Positions 18,745 through 27,090 of a stretch of DNA of 64,000 nucleotides are shown here, one piece after another. Origin of the DNA: Pyrinomonadaceae bacterium (GTDB lineage: Bacteria; Acidobacteriota; Blastocatellia; Pyrinomonadales; Pyrinomonadaceae); the NCBI GenBank assembly GCA_039933315.1, contig JBDTOI010000002.1:992-64991 (forward strand). Direction: 5' to 3'. The translations under genes were made by a program, and so were the position numbers. The number at the start of each line of letters is the position of its first letter. Position 1 is the first letter of the stretch. Below the pieces are notes generated by a model. It was not told the DNA's origin, searched no databases, and saw only the letters and a program-made list of their open reading frames with translations.

Positions 18745-19710
18745 ATGGCTGATTACAAAGGGAAACTTGATGACTGGCAAAAAGCTGCCCGTCGCAAGGC
18801 GCGCGAGTTAGATGAAAAGCTGGATCTAAAAGGCATCGTCGAAGACGGGGCTCGGGCTGCCGGCGAGGCCGCTCGTCGCGGTGCTGAGACCGTCGCCAGC
18901 GGCGCCGATCGGCTGCGTTCCGAAGCAGAGCGTTTGGATCAGGATCAGCAGATCCGCGATAAGGCGCGTCGCGCGGGGGGCGCGGCATCACGCCACGCGA
19001 AAGAAGCCGGAGAAGTCCTGCGCGGCGCCACCGGCGATGCGGGAAAGAAAGCCGGCGAAGTTTTCCAGGGTGCCAAGAAACAGTATCAGCGGGCAACAAA
19101 AGTTTATGACACAGGCGCGCGCATGACGCGTGCATCCTCAGCTGCCACCACCGCTGCCTTTAAGGCAAAGGATTGGGTCAAACAGAATCCGGGCAAAGCG
19201 GCTGCAGTGTCATTCTCATTGATTCTGGGTGTCCGGATGGGCGCGTCCTTTCCCGGCATCGATGCTGTCCTGCTGGGATCACATCCACACTGGCTCACGC
19301 ACTCGGCGCTCCCCGTTTGGGGTTTGAAAAAGGCGAGTGAGAAGTTTGACGCTTATTTGCGCAAGCAGGAGGAACTGATTACAGCCGGAAAGTTAACTGA
19401 GGCTGAACGCGAGCGGGTACAGTTTCAACGGAAGATGGCGAAGTACGTGGGCGCGCCTTTGCTGGGGGCCTTCAGCTGCGCGGCGGGCGCGGCGATGTTT
19501 GCGCAGATTGCGCAGCCCGGGCGGATTGCCGGGTCACCAATCAGCTGGTTGTTGGGTGGCAATCCCTTTCTCGACGGCGTCTGGCTGTTTGCCAATGGCG
19601 TGATCTGTTTCCACCAGGGCTACAAGTTCTTCATGATTGCGCTGGCTGACCAGAAGGAAGTGAATCAGGTGGTGCGAGAGATAAAAGGTTTGTTGCCTGC
19701 CGGTGTCTAA
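18745..19710 (+). CDS. hypothetical protein: charged helical N-terminus + hydrophobic C-terminal half
   Basis: The ORF starts 28 nt after the DGC gene. The N-terminal 130 aa are rich in A/R/K/E/G, and there are C-terminal predicted TM segments. No motif recognised. Confidence 0.55.
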   Translation: MADYKGKLDDWQKAARRKARELDEKLDLKGIVEDGARAAGEAARRGAETVASGADRLRSEAERLDQDQQIRDKARRAGGAASRHAKEAGEVLRGATGDAGKKAGEVFQGAKKQYQRATKVYDTGARMTRASSAATTAAFKAKDWVKQNPGKAAAVSFSLILGVRMGASFPGIDAVLLGSHPHWLTHSALPVWGLKKASEKFDAYLRKQEELITAGKLTEAERERVQFQRKMAKYVGAPLLGAFSCAAGAAMFAQIAQPGRIAGSPISWLLGGNPFLDGVWLFANGVICFHQGYKFFMIALADQKEVNQVVREIKGLLPAGV

Positions 19711-19741
19711 CCTTAGTGCAGTTCAAGTTGAGGTTTCACGC

Positions 19742-19795
19742 GAAGGCGCAAAGAAAAACACTCAACCCTTTGCGCCTTCTGCTTTTCTTTTCTTA
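19742..19795 (+). terminator. Rho-independent terminator embedded in a family-F repeat (19721-19815)
   Basis: 12-bp stem GAAGGCGCAAAG (19742-19753) / CTTTGCGCCTTC (19768-19779) followed by TGCTTTTCTTTTCTT. Outer inverted repeat 19730-19753 / 19792-19815 has 2 mismatches in 24. Confidence 0.65.
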
Positions 19796-19849
19796 GCGCC
19801 TTTGCGTGAAACCTCCTCTAACCCAACCAGCGTCTTTGATTTCAAGAGG

Positions 19850-20896
19850 CTACTTACCCACCGAGACGATCCGTTGAATTATCTTTGGATCATCCGGCAA
19901 CAATCCCGACTTCGGCAGCCGGGGTGTTAACTCTAACCAATTGCGGTCCATGGCAAAGACGCGTTTGAAGAGTGGCAGCGATTCGTCCACGCGGCCCATG
20001 TTCACCAGGGCCACCGCGTGCCAATAGATCATCTCCGCATTGTCAGGGACCAGTTTCTCGGCTGCTCCGTATTCCCTTAACGCCCCTTCATTGTCTTTCT
20101 TCTCCACTGCCAGATCGCCGGCGTTCATGTGATTGTAGGCGCGCTGCAACTTAACCAGGCGGCGCAGCTCCTGCAAAGGCTCCGGACTATCATCGACCCG
20201 GAGGTCGAACAGGCGGTCCTTCCACGACTGACCGGTCGGCTTCCCCGTCACGACGATTAAGGCTGCGGACTGCCGCCCGCGTATATCGCCGCCCGCCGCC
20301 TGGGCTGCATCGAGGGCGGCCAACATGCGTTCCGCCAAATCGCCTTTCGTCGCTTCAAAGGCTGCCGCCATCGCGGGCCACACTTTATCGTTCAACATCA
20401 GGTTTGCCTGAACCGAATAATCTTTGCCGACGTGATGTCCGGCCGCCTGGATGTCATTTTTGCCGGTCCAGGCATCGACCCGTCCCTGCGCATCGATCAT
20501 GGCCACCTGGCGCACTTCGCGACCTTCGTCCGCAGCCAACAAACCCTTCAAGGCCTCGGGGCCACTGCGTCCGCTGCGCATGAGATCGAGGCCCAACTTG
20601 CCATAAGACGGATCGACGAAAGATTGCGTGGCCACTGCGCCTACTCCGGCTTCCGCCCAGGGCACAATGGGGCCAACCGAAAACCAGTGGGACTGCACGG
20701 CCACGCCGAGTTCACCGGTTGCCGGATCGCGCGCCACAATTGAATAGGTATGCACTGGTCGCAAAGGCCGCCGCAACCCGACGGGCTCTTGCTCCACGGC
20801 TGGGGTAACCTGCGGCGTTCTGTTTTGCGCACTCGAGCTCATGGCAGCGCCGATACATGCTGAGGCTATGAATAGAACAACAATCAGTTGACGCAT
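19850..20896 (-). CDS. DUF1028 (Ntn-hydrolase-like) protein with C-terminal TPR-like region, secreted
   Basis: 'TYSIVARDPATGELGVAVQSHWFSVG' is the DUF1028 N-terminal signature. ATG at 20896 (MRQLIVVLFIASAC, preceded by GAGGTG) is preferred over the TTG at 20923. Confidence 0.75.
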   Translation of the reverse strand: MRQLIVVLFIASACIGAAMSSSAQNRTPQVTPAVEQEPVGLRRPLRPVHTYSIVARDPATGELGVAVQSHWFSVGPIVPWAEAGVGAVATQSFVDPSYGKLGLDLMRSGRSGPEALKGLLAADEGREVRQVAMIDAQGRVDAWTGKNDIQAAGHHVGKDYSVQANLMLNDKVWPAMAAAFEATKGDLAERMLAALDAAQAAGGDIRGRQSAALIVVTGKPTGQSWKDRLFDLRVDDSPEPLQELRRLVKLQRAYNHMNAGDLAVEKKDNEGALREYGAAEKLVPDNAEMIYWHAVALVNMGRVDESLPLFKRVFAMDRNWLELTPRLPKSGLLPDDPKIIQRIVSVGK

Positions 20897-20916
20897 GTCT
20901 TCACCTCTTTTCTGTA

Positions 20917-20938
20917 AACGCAAACTTTTAGGTTGCGC
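20917..20938. repeat. family-G palindrome (imperfect copy)
   Basis: The minus strand reads GCGCAACCTAAAAGTTTGCGTT, 21 nt upstream of the 20896 ATG. Confidence 0.6.
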
Positions 20939-20962
20939 CGCAAGCTAACGTCTTGCGTTGCA

Positions 20963-21382
20963 TCAGGAGACAAATGGATAGAGTGGTGTGTTACGAAAGA
21001 TCCAGAAGCAGACCACCACAATGAGGAACGTCCAGATATATCTTGCGGGAATGAAAAGCCGCGGTTGCGGACGCCCGGTTAGTGCACGTCTGGTGCTCAG
21101 AAAAAGCACGAGCAGCAGAAACGGCAGCGTCATTACCATCAAGGGATTGAGTTTGAAAGCAACCAGGGGATGCCCGTGAAGCAATTGATGCAGACCGCGC
21201 AAGGTGCCACAGCCGGGACATTGAAAGCCGGTTACCATGCGAAAGGGACACGCAGGATAACCGGTTCCATTAGCGGGATTGAAAAGATAGAGGTACGTCG
21301 ATCCCAGGGTCAGCACGCACCAGACGGCGGACACCTTCAGACGCTGGTGGAATGTCTCCTCGAAAACCACTGAGAAAAACAA
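20963..21382 (-). CDS. DUF2752 membrane protein
   Basis: 'CPFRMVTGFQCPGCGTLRGL' is the signature of DUF2752, plus TM helices. Confidence 0.75.
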   Translation of the reverse strand: MFFSVVFEETFHQRLKVSAVWCVLTLGSTYLYLFNPANGTGYPACPFRMVTGFQCPGCGTLRGLHQLLHGHPLVAFKLNPLMVMTLPFLLLVLFLSTRRALTGRPQPRLFIPARYIWTFLIVVVCFWIFRNTPLYPFVS

Positions 21383-21401
21383 TCTGCGGGAGGCGCAATC
21401 T

Positions 21402-21707
21402 CTAGCGAGTGCCGCTCATTGCACCCAAACCGCCGAGAATTACCATAAAGATGATGTAAATGGCTATTCCCGCAATGCCGACGCCGGCGGAAATCATCGC
21501 CCACAATTTGGCATTCTTCGATGCCGCCATGGCGCCGGCAATATCTCCCGCCTGAATTTTGCCGTTTACCTGGGCGGCGTAAACGATTGAGACCACCCCG
21601 GCCGGCAAGCAGCAAAACACGGTAGTCAGAATTGCAAAGACCAGGTAGTTTGGAATATTTGCCGGTGCGCTGTTAGGGGGCGGCGGCGGGGTCCAGTTTT
21701 GCGACAT
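21402..21707 (-). CDS. CD225/dispanin family membrane protein
   Basis: Pro-rich N-terminus, then 'NYLVFAILTTVFCCLPAGVVSIVYAAQV', characteristic of CD225. Confidence 0.75.
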   Translation of the reverse strand: MSQNWTPPPPPNSAPANIPNYLVFAILTTVFCCLPAGVVSIVYAAQVNGKIQAGDIAGAMAASKNAKLWAMISAGVGIAGIAIYIIFMVILGGLGAMSGTR

Positions 21708-21769
21708 GCGATTCTCCTGTTGTTAGAGTTTGGAAAAACCACCAAGTTAACTGTTGGTCTTTTGGGAAA

Positions 21770-22258
21770 TTAAAGTCCGGCGCCGAAACTGCCCGGCTGT
21801 CCGGCGTCAAAGGCCGGTGGTGGCGGGGGCGGTGCATCAGGGCCGCCCTTTCGTTTTTCAAACAGCGGCACTGCTATCAGACCACCCAGGGTCGAAAGAC
21901 CGATAGCAAACACAGCACCGAGTAAAGTGCCGATTATTATCAGCATCATGCCGGTAACGGGAAGCTTCATGTTCATCCGCTCAAGTTGTTCCTCGAGCCC
22001 CATGTTTGCGGCCAGGGCGAAACTTAGCGGTATGCCGATGACGATCCGCACTGCAGCCTGCACCACTCCCGCCATGGCGCCAAGTATTGCGCCCTCACCA
22101 ACCGTTACGGGCACCGGCGCCTTGGGAATGTAAAGAAAACCCGCTAGCACTCCACCACCGATAGACCAGAGGCAACTGCAGGTAGCAACAATGGGAATAA
22201 CCGAAAGGATGCCAGCCACAAGCCCACCGATTAACGCCGGCTTTAGTTTCTCGTTCAT
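21770..22258 (-). CDS. hypothetical multi-pass membrane protein with Pro-rich tail
   Basis: 4 predicted TM helices and a C-terminal 'GGPDAPPPPPPAFDAG' tail. Same strand and tight spacing with the two upstream genes. Confidence 0.55.
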   Translation of the reverse strand: MNEKLKPALIGGLVAGILSVIPIVATCSCLWSIGGGVLAGFLYIPKAPVPVTVGEGAILGAMAGVVQAAVRIVIGIPLSFALAANMGLEEQLERMNMKLPVTGMMLIIIGTLLGAVFAIGLSTLGGLIAVPLFEKRKGGPDAPPPPPPAFDAGQPGSFGAGL

Positions 22259-22426
22259 CTGTTTTTACGCGTTCCCAGAAAAATGACAGGACTCAACAAG
22301 CAGTTGCGAACTGACTGCGGATAGCGGTGCATAACTAACAAAGCAGCACGAAATTGTCAATAAGATTAATCAATTTAACGGGTTGCGTGCGTGTTCCATT
22401 CGCTCCGTAACCATTACAGCCAGTGC

Positions 22427-24361
22427 TTATGGTGATTGATAGCGGCGAATGATCTGTGCCGTCGTCCTGATCAGCCAGTAGAGGGTCACGGCAACCAACA
22501 CAAAAAGCACCGACTGAATGACCAGCACATACCGGTATTCGGTATGTAAAAAGGATTGCGCACTTAAGTAGTAGAGGGGAATAGCCAGCAGAACAACTAT
22601 GGTACGGGCGCCGCCTCGCGCCGTCAGCAAGACGGCGCCAATAACAGCGAGGGGGATCATCCAGGCAGTGATAAAAAACATCTGCAAGCCGTTAAGGAAT
22701 ATGCGCACGTACTTCGTCCAAAGCGCCGAGGCGGGTCCCAGGCGGAAAAGCTCGGTCCGGCCAATTTCTACCACGGTCGGCGCCGGTCGCCGGTCTTCAT
22801 TGCTTACTACCAGGCGCACGCTGCCGGTGTCGCGGCTAACAAAAGGAATTCGCACTGTAGCTGTCTGGCGGTTAGACCCCGGAATTAGTTCCAGCGGGTG
22901 AAATACCGGCGTTGATCCGAACACCTGTGTCTGGTCCAGACTGGTAATGCGGAAGACGATACTTCCCTGTTCCACTTTAATCGGGATACGGAATAAATAA
23001 TCGCTATGTTTCTCAACGCGGATGGGAAGTGAAACGATTTGATTGCCGGCTTGAAGGTTGGGTGCCTCTATCAGCAGGGACTGCCCGTCGACCGCCAGGG
23101 AGATTTTTGCGGTTGTTTGTGGGCCCGTTACCACCGCCATGAAATCGGATGGCTTGTTTGCCCAAACCAGCTGCTTCTGGCCGGTAAGATTCAGTGGGTG
23201 AGTAACGGCCGGCGCCGTAGAGAGAATGTGCACCCTCTCCAACTTCAACATGGAAAAGGCACGTCGTATAACCACGCCGGCGAACCAGACTGGGTGTGAG
23301 CGAATTACTGAGAGTCCGCGCCTGGTCCGATCATGATCGCGCTCCGCCCCGTTTCCTCCAAAAAGCGAGCTGCCGTAATCAGGACGGTTGTAGAGCTGGG
23401 CCTCGGTAGATACGGTTTCGATGTCGGTCGTGGGCAGGCCGAATCGTTTTTCCCGGTCATAGTCACTGATGCCGACGTTTAGCATTTGCCCTGTCCCCAG
23501 CGAGAGGGGAATAAAATGATGAAACACAACCAGGTTGCGAATGGTGATGGGGGAGATCACGATAATGGTTGCGCCGACCAGGGCGGCGGCGAAACTCCAG
23601 CGCTTGCCGCGATCCAGGATGACCAGCAGCAACAGCGCCAGAAAGGGCGCCAGCAGGAGTGCGTTCGATCTAATCCAGCATGAAACTCCGATACACACAC
23701 CGACGGCTACCGCCGCGCGAAAGCTACCTTTCTTTGCCGTTCGAATAAGGAAAAAGAGCGCGAGCAAAATGGGAAGGGTCGCTAGCGAATCCGGTATCAG
23801 CAGGAGAGAATAGTAAGCGAGCTGGGGTGACAGAGCGGCGAGCACGCCTGCGATAGCCGCCGCCTTTACCGGCAACAACTCGGCCGCAATAAAGAAGAGC
23901 AGGATAGCTCCCGCCGCGTCGCAAATTATCTGAAACAGCCGCATAGATGTGTCTGACTCGCTAAACAACCCAAAGACTGCGGCCATAGTGATGGGATAAC
24001 CCGGAGGGTATGTCAGAATATTTGCGTCACCTGGCGGCGCGGGACCTTTGACGAAGGTGGCGAGATCTCCCTGGAGCAAGTAAGCGGCGTTAGACTTGTG
24101 GTGCTCGACCATGCCCGCAAAAACCCTGGAGAAAACCGGGCGATTGTCTTGCCAGTGTAAAAGTCTGACACCAATCGACAGGATCAGGATCCCCAGACAA
24201 ATCAGGATCGTGCGGTGGCGCAACCTTCTGGATTTTAAGGCTTCCGATTGACGGTCAAGGCCTAAAGAAATTCCTATGGGCCAAAGCTGTCTTAGAGTTT
24301 GACTAGATAAGGGCAAGAAGGTAGTTTCCACTCTTTCCGGCGGATCAATTGCACCTGACAT
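22427..24361 (-). CDS. GT-C fold membrane glycosyltransferase (ArnT/GT39-like) with extra-cytoplasmic domain
   Basis: More than 10 TM helices, 'YPPGYPITMAAVFGLF', a ~170-aa soluble insert and C-terminal TMs. ATG at 24361; the track start at 24376 is TTG. Confidence 0.55.
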   Translation of the reverse strand: MSGAIDPPERVETTFLPLSSQTLRQLWPIGISLGLDRQSEALKSRRLRHRTILICLGILILSIGVRLLHWQDNRPVFSRVFAGMVEHHKSNAAYLLQGDLATFVKGPAPPGDANILTYPPGYPITMAAVFGLFSESDTSMRLFQIICDAAGAILLFFIAAELLPVKAAAIAGVLAALSPQLAYYSLLLIPDSLATLPILLALFFLIRTAKKGSFRAAVAVGVCIGVSCWIRSNALLLAPFLALLLLVILDRGKRWSFAAALVGATIIVISPITIRNLVVFHHFIPLSLGTGQMLNVGISDYDREKRFGLPTTDIETVSTEAQLYNRPDYGSSLFGGNGAERDHDRTRRGLSVIRSHPVWFAGVVIRRAFSMLKLERVHILSTAPAVTHPLNLTGQKQLVWANKPSDFMAVVTGPQTTAKISLAVDGQSLLIEAPNLQAGNQIVSLPIRVEKHSDYLFRIPIKVEQGSIVFRITSLDQTQVFGSTPVFHPLELIPGSNRQTATVRIPFVSRDTGSVRLVVSNEDRRPAPTVVEIGRTELFRLGPASALWTKYVRIFLNGLQMFFITAWMIPLAVIGAVLLTARGGARTIVVLLAIPLYYLSAQSFLHTEYRYVLVIQSVLFVLVAVTLYWLIRTTAQIIRRYQSP

Positions 24362-24445
24362 CAGGCGCGGGTGCAAATGGATTGTCGAGTCGGCATGCTA
24401 ACAAAACCAAGTTTGAGTTGCACGCTAATGACGAAGCAGTGACCG

Positions 24446-24608
24446 ATCTCATTAACACCCGGTTTCAACCGGGTGTCGGTGGTTACATTTTGAGTTTGAA
24501 CCGTTTCAACGGTTTCTAATTCGCCGGGCAGCGGGTAAACCGTTGAAACGGTTTCAGGTATCAGGATAGGTTGCGCATCACCCGGTTGAAACCGGGTGTT
24601 AATGAGAT
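24446..24608. repeat. family-A MITE/REP-like palindromic element (copy A1)
   Basis: Perfect 30-bp terminal inverted repeat ATCTCATTAACACCCGGTTTCAACCGGGTG (24446-24475 vs 24579-24608). Four internal hairpins at 24456-24475, 24499-24514, 24538-24553 and 24579-24598. Confidence 0.9.
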
Positions 24609-24646
24609 TAAGAGCTGTTAGCATTCATGGCGAGTACTAGATAAAT

Positions 24647-26803
24647 ATGAAACAGGTGATCCAGGATCTCCGGACCCACGACTTAAGAGTCGCAGACGTG
24701 CCCCCGCCGGTAGCGCAAAGAGGGCGCGTGCTGGTGCGTACAGCCGCGTCGCTGATCAGCGCGGGCACCGAGCGCATGACCGTAGAGATGGGAAATCGCA
24801 GCCTTCTGGGCAAAGCGCGAGAGCGCCCCGATCTGGTCAAGCAGGTGATTCATAAAGCCCAGACCGAAGGAGTACTCAATACTTTGAATGCGGTGCGGGC
24901 GAAACTCGATTCCGTCACGCCGCTTGGCTACAGCGCGTCAGGAATAGTTATCGGCGCCGGCGAGGATGTGACGGAGTTTCGCCCCGGCGATCGAGTAGCT
25001 TGCGCGGGTGCGGGCTACGCCTCGCATGCGGAAGTGCTTTCCGTTCCCAGAAACCTGTGCGTACGTTTGCCAGAGAATGTTGATTTTGCCCGCGGAGCTT
25101 TCGGCACGCTGGGGGCGATTGCTTTGCAGGGTTTACGGCTCGCAAGTCCCACCCTGGGAGAATCTTGCGTGGTCATCGGGTTAGGCCTGGTGGGACAGTT
25201 GACAGTGCAACTATTGAAAGCCAACGGCTGCCGCGTTTTTGGGATTGATCTCGACAAACAGAGAATCGAGCTGGCGCGACAGCTGGGGGCGGACGACGGA
25301 TGCGCGCCCGACAACGATGCTGAACGACGAGCGCTGGAGTGGTCGCGCGGGCGCGGCGCCGATGCCGTGCTGATAACCGCAGCCACTTCTTCGAATCAAC
25401 CGGTTGAGCTGGCAGGCGCAGTGTCTCGTCTCAAAGGACGGGTCGTCGCCGTTGGTTTGGTTGGTCTCGATATACCGCGCGACATCTACTATCACAAAGA
25501 ACTTACGTTGAACATCTCCATGTCGTACGGGCCCGGACGTTATGACGCGGAATACGAAGAGCGCGGTCACGACTATCCCTTTGCCTACGTGCGCTGGACG
25601 GAAGGGCGCAACCTCGAAGCGTTTCTTGATCTGGTGGCGGCCGGCAATATTAGGGTTGAGAGTTTGATCACCCACCGCTTTTCCATTGCCGACGCCGAGC
25701 GCGCCTACCAGTTGATTACCGGTGAAGTAAAAGAGCCTTACCTGGGCGTGTTGCTTGAATACGATACCGAACGTGCACTTGAGACACGACTGAGCCTGCC
25801 CGACGGCCAGAAGAACTCCGCAGCAGGGGAGCAGGGCGTCACCATTGGTCTGATTGGGGCGGGGAGTTATGCAAAGAAATTCCTGCTTCCGAATTTCAAA
25901 GCGGCGGGCGCGCGATTTCAAACCATCGCCACTGCCTCTGGTCTTTCGGCGCGCGAAGTCGGCGAGAAATACGGATTTCGTTTCTGTGTCTCAGGCGCTG
26001 CTGAAGTGCTGGACGATGAAGACGTGAATTTGATCGTCATCGCCACGCGGCACGACACTCATGCAGAGCTGGCCCGGCGCGCACTCGAACGGGGGCGACA
26101 TGTCTTCGTAGAGAAACCCCTCGCGCTAAACGATGAAGAGCTGGAGAGCGTGCTGGCTGCCGCCGCGCAATCAGATCGGCGCCTGATGGCGGGATTCAAT
26201 CGCCGGTTTTCACCATTGGCCCGCGCAGCTAAAGACTTTTTCCAGGACGCGGGCGCGCCCCTTTCAATTAACTACCGCGTCAATGCGGGCCGCATTCCCC
26301 ACGAGCATTGGATACAGGATCCGCGCGAAGGTGGCGGCCGCATCATAGGCGAAGTGTGTCACTTCATTGACCTGATGCAGTTCCTTACCGGAGCGGTTAC
26401 TACACGAGTCTATGCGGAAGCGATCGCCGGCCGCAACCACGAAATGGTTAACGAAGACTCAGTTTTTATCACGCTGCGTTTCGCTGACGGATCGAATGGC
26501 TCGATCGCTTACCTGGCCGAAGGCGACAAAACACTTCCCAAGGAGCGGATAGAAGTCTTCGGCGCGGGCAAGTCGTTCGTGATCGATGACTTTCGCAGCG
26601 CCACCTTACACAGCAGTGGGAAAGAGAAAACTGTAAAGCTGCGGGGTCAGGACAAGGGACAGGCCAATGAAGTGCGCGAGGTCTGCCGGGTTGTTCTGAA
26701 AGGTGGATCGGCGCCGATTGCTTTGGACGATCTAGCCGCGACTACCCGCGCTACGTTTCGAATTCTGGAATCCCTGCGTACTAGTTTGCCAGTCGAGGTA
26801 TGA
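24647..26803 (+). CDS. bi-domain oxidoreductase (MDR/zinc-ADH-like + Gfo/Idh/MocA)
   Basis: N-terminal MDR with 'VIGLGLVGQL'. C-terminal Rossmann 'IGLIGAGSYAKKFLLPNF' and 'VFVEKPLAL', typical of Gfo/Idh/MocA. Confidence 0.8.
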   Translation: MKQVIQDLRTHDLRVADVPPPVAQRGRVLVRTAASLISAGTERMTVEMGNRSLLGKARERPDLVKQVIHKAQTEGVLNTLNAVRAKLDSVTPLGYSASGIVIGAGEDVTEFRPGDRVACAGAGYASHAEVLSVPRNLCVRLPENVDFARGAFGTLGAIALQGLRLASPTLGESCVVIGLGLVGQLTVQLLKANGCRVFGIDLDKQRIELARQLGADDGCAPDNDAERRALEWSRGRGADAVLITAATSSNQPVELAGAVSRLKGRVVAVGLVGLDIPRDIYYHKELTLNISMSYGPGRYDAEYEERGHDYPFAYVRWTEGRNLEAFLDLVAAGNIRVESLITHRFSIADAERAYQLITGEVKEPYLGVLLEYDTERALETRLSLPDGQKNSAAGEQGVTIGLIGAGSYAKKFLLPNFKAAGARFQTIATASGLSAREVGEKYGFRFCVSGAAEVLDDEDVNLIVIATRHDTHAELARRALERGRHVFVEKPLALNDEELESVLAAAAQSDRRLMAGFNRRFSPLARAAKDFFQDAGAPLSINYRVNAGRIPHEHWIQDPREGGGRIIGEVCHFIDLMQFLTGAVTTRVYAEAIAGRNHEMVNEDSVFITLRFADGSNGSIAYLAEGDKTLPKERIEVFGAGKSFVIDDFRSATLHSSGKEKTVKLRGQDKGQANEVREVCRVVLKGGSAPIALDDLAATTRATFRILESLRTSLPVEV

Positions 26804-26854
26804 CCTGGTCGCAGCTCTGCGGTCCAGGCGCGGTTTTATTCTGACTGAAGCCGG

Positions 26855-27085
26855 GAACCGCAAAGCGGTTCTGCCCTCCAGCCCAGGGTTGCCGCTTCGG
26901 CTACCCTGGGTACACGTTTGAAATGCCTAATCAACCCCAACCGGGTTGTGTCAATTTCATAATGGGCATTCCATCCAACGAACGTCGACACAACCCCCTT
27001 GGGGTTGAAAACGTTTGCGTGCATCGTTTCCCAGGGTAGCCGAAGCGGCAACCCTGGGCTGGAGGGCACAACCCCGTTGGGGTTG
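26855..27085. repeat. family-B MITE/REP-like palindromic element (copy B1)
   Basis: Perfect 38-bp inverted repeat GCCCTCCAGCCCAGGGTTGCCGCTTCGGCTACCCTGGG (26873-26910 vs 27030-27067), plus flanking and internal hairpins. Confidence 0.9.
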
Positions 27086-27090
27086 GATCC

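Noticed and set aside
24361-24624. 87-aa minus-strand ORF in the ORF track
   Set aside because: It is a read-through of repeat A1. Its peptide is a translation of the palindromic hairpins, and there is no independent coding signal.
25211-25921. 236-aa antisense ORF inside the bi-domain oxidoreductase. Similar long antisense ORFs occur at 2526-3071, 14595-15035, 18572-19135, 45847-46455, 47573-48043 and 61642-62522.
   Set aside because: They lie opposite genes with strong family motifs, have Arg/Gly/Pro-rich composition typical of GC-rich antisense frames, and match no family.
26836-27069. 77-aa minus-strand ORF
   Set aside because: It lies entirely inside repeat B1. Palindromic DNA gives open frames on both strands by symmetry.
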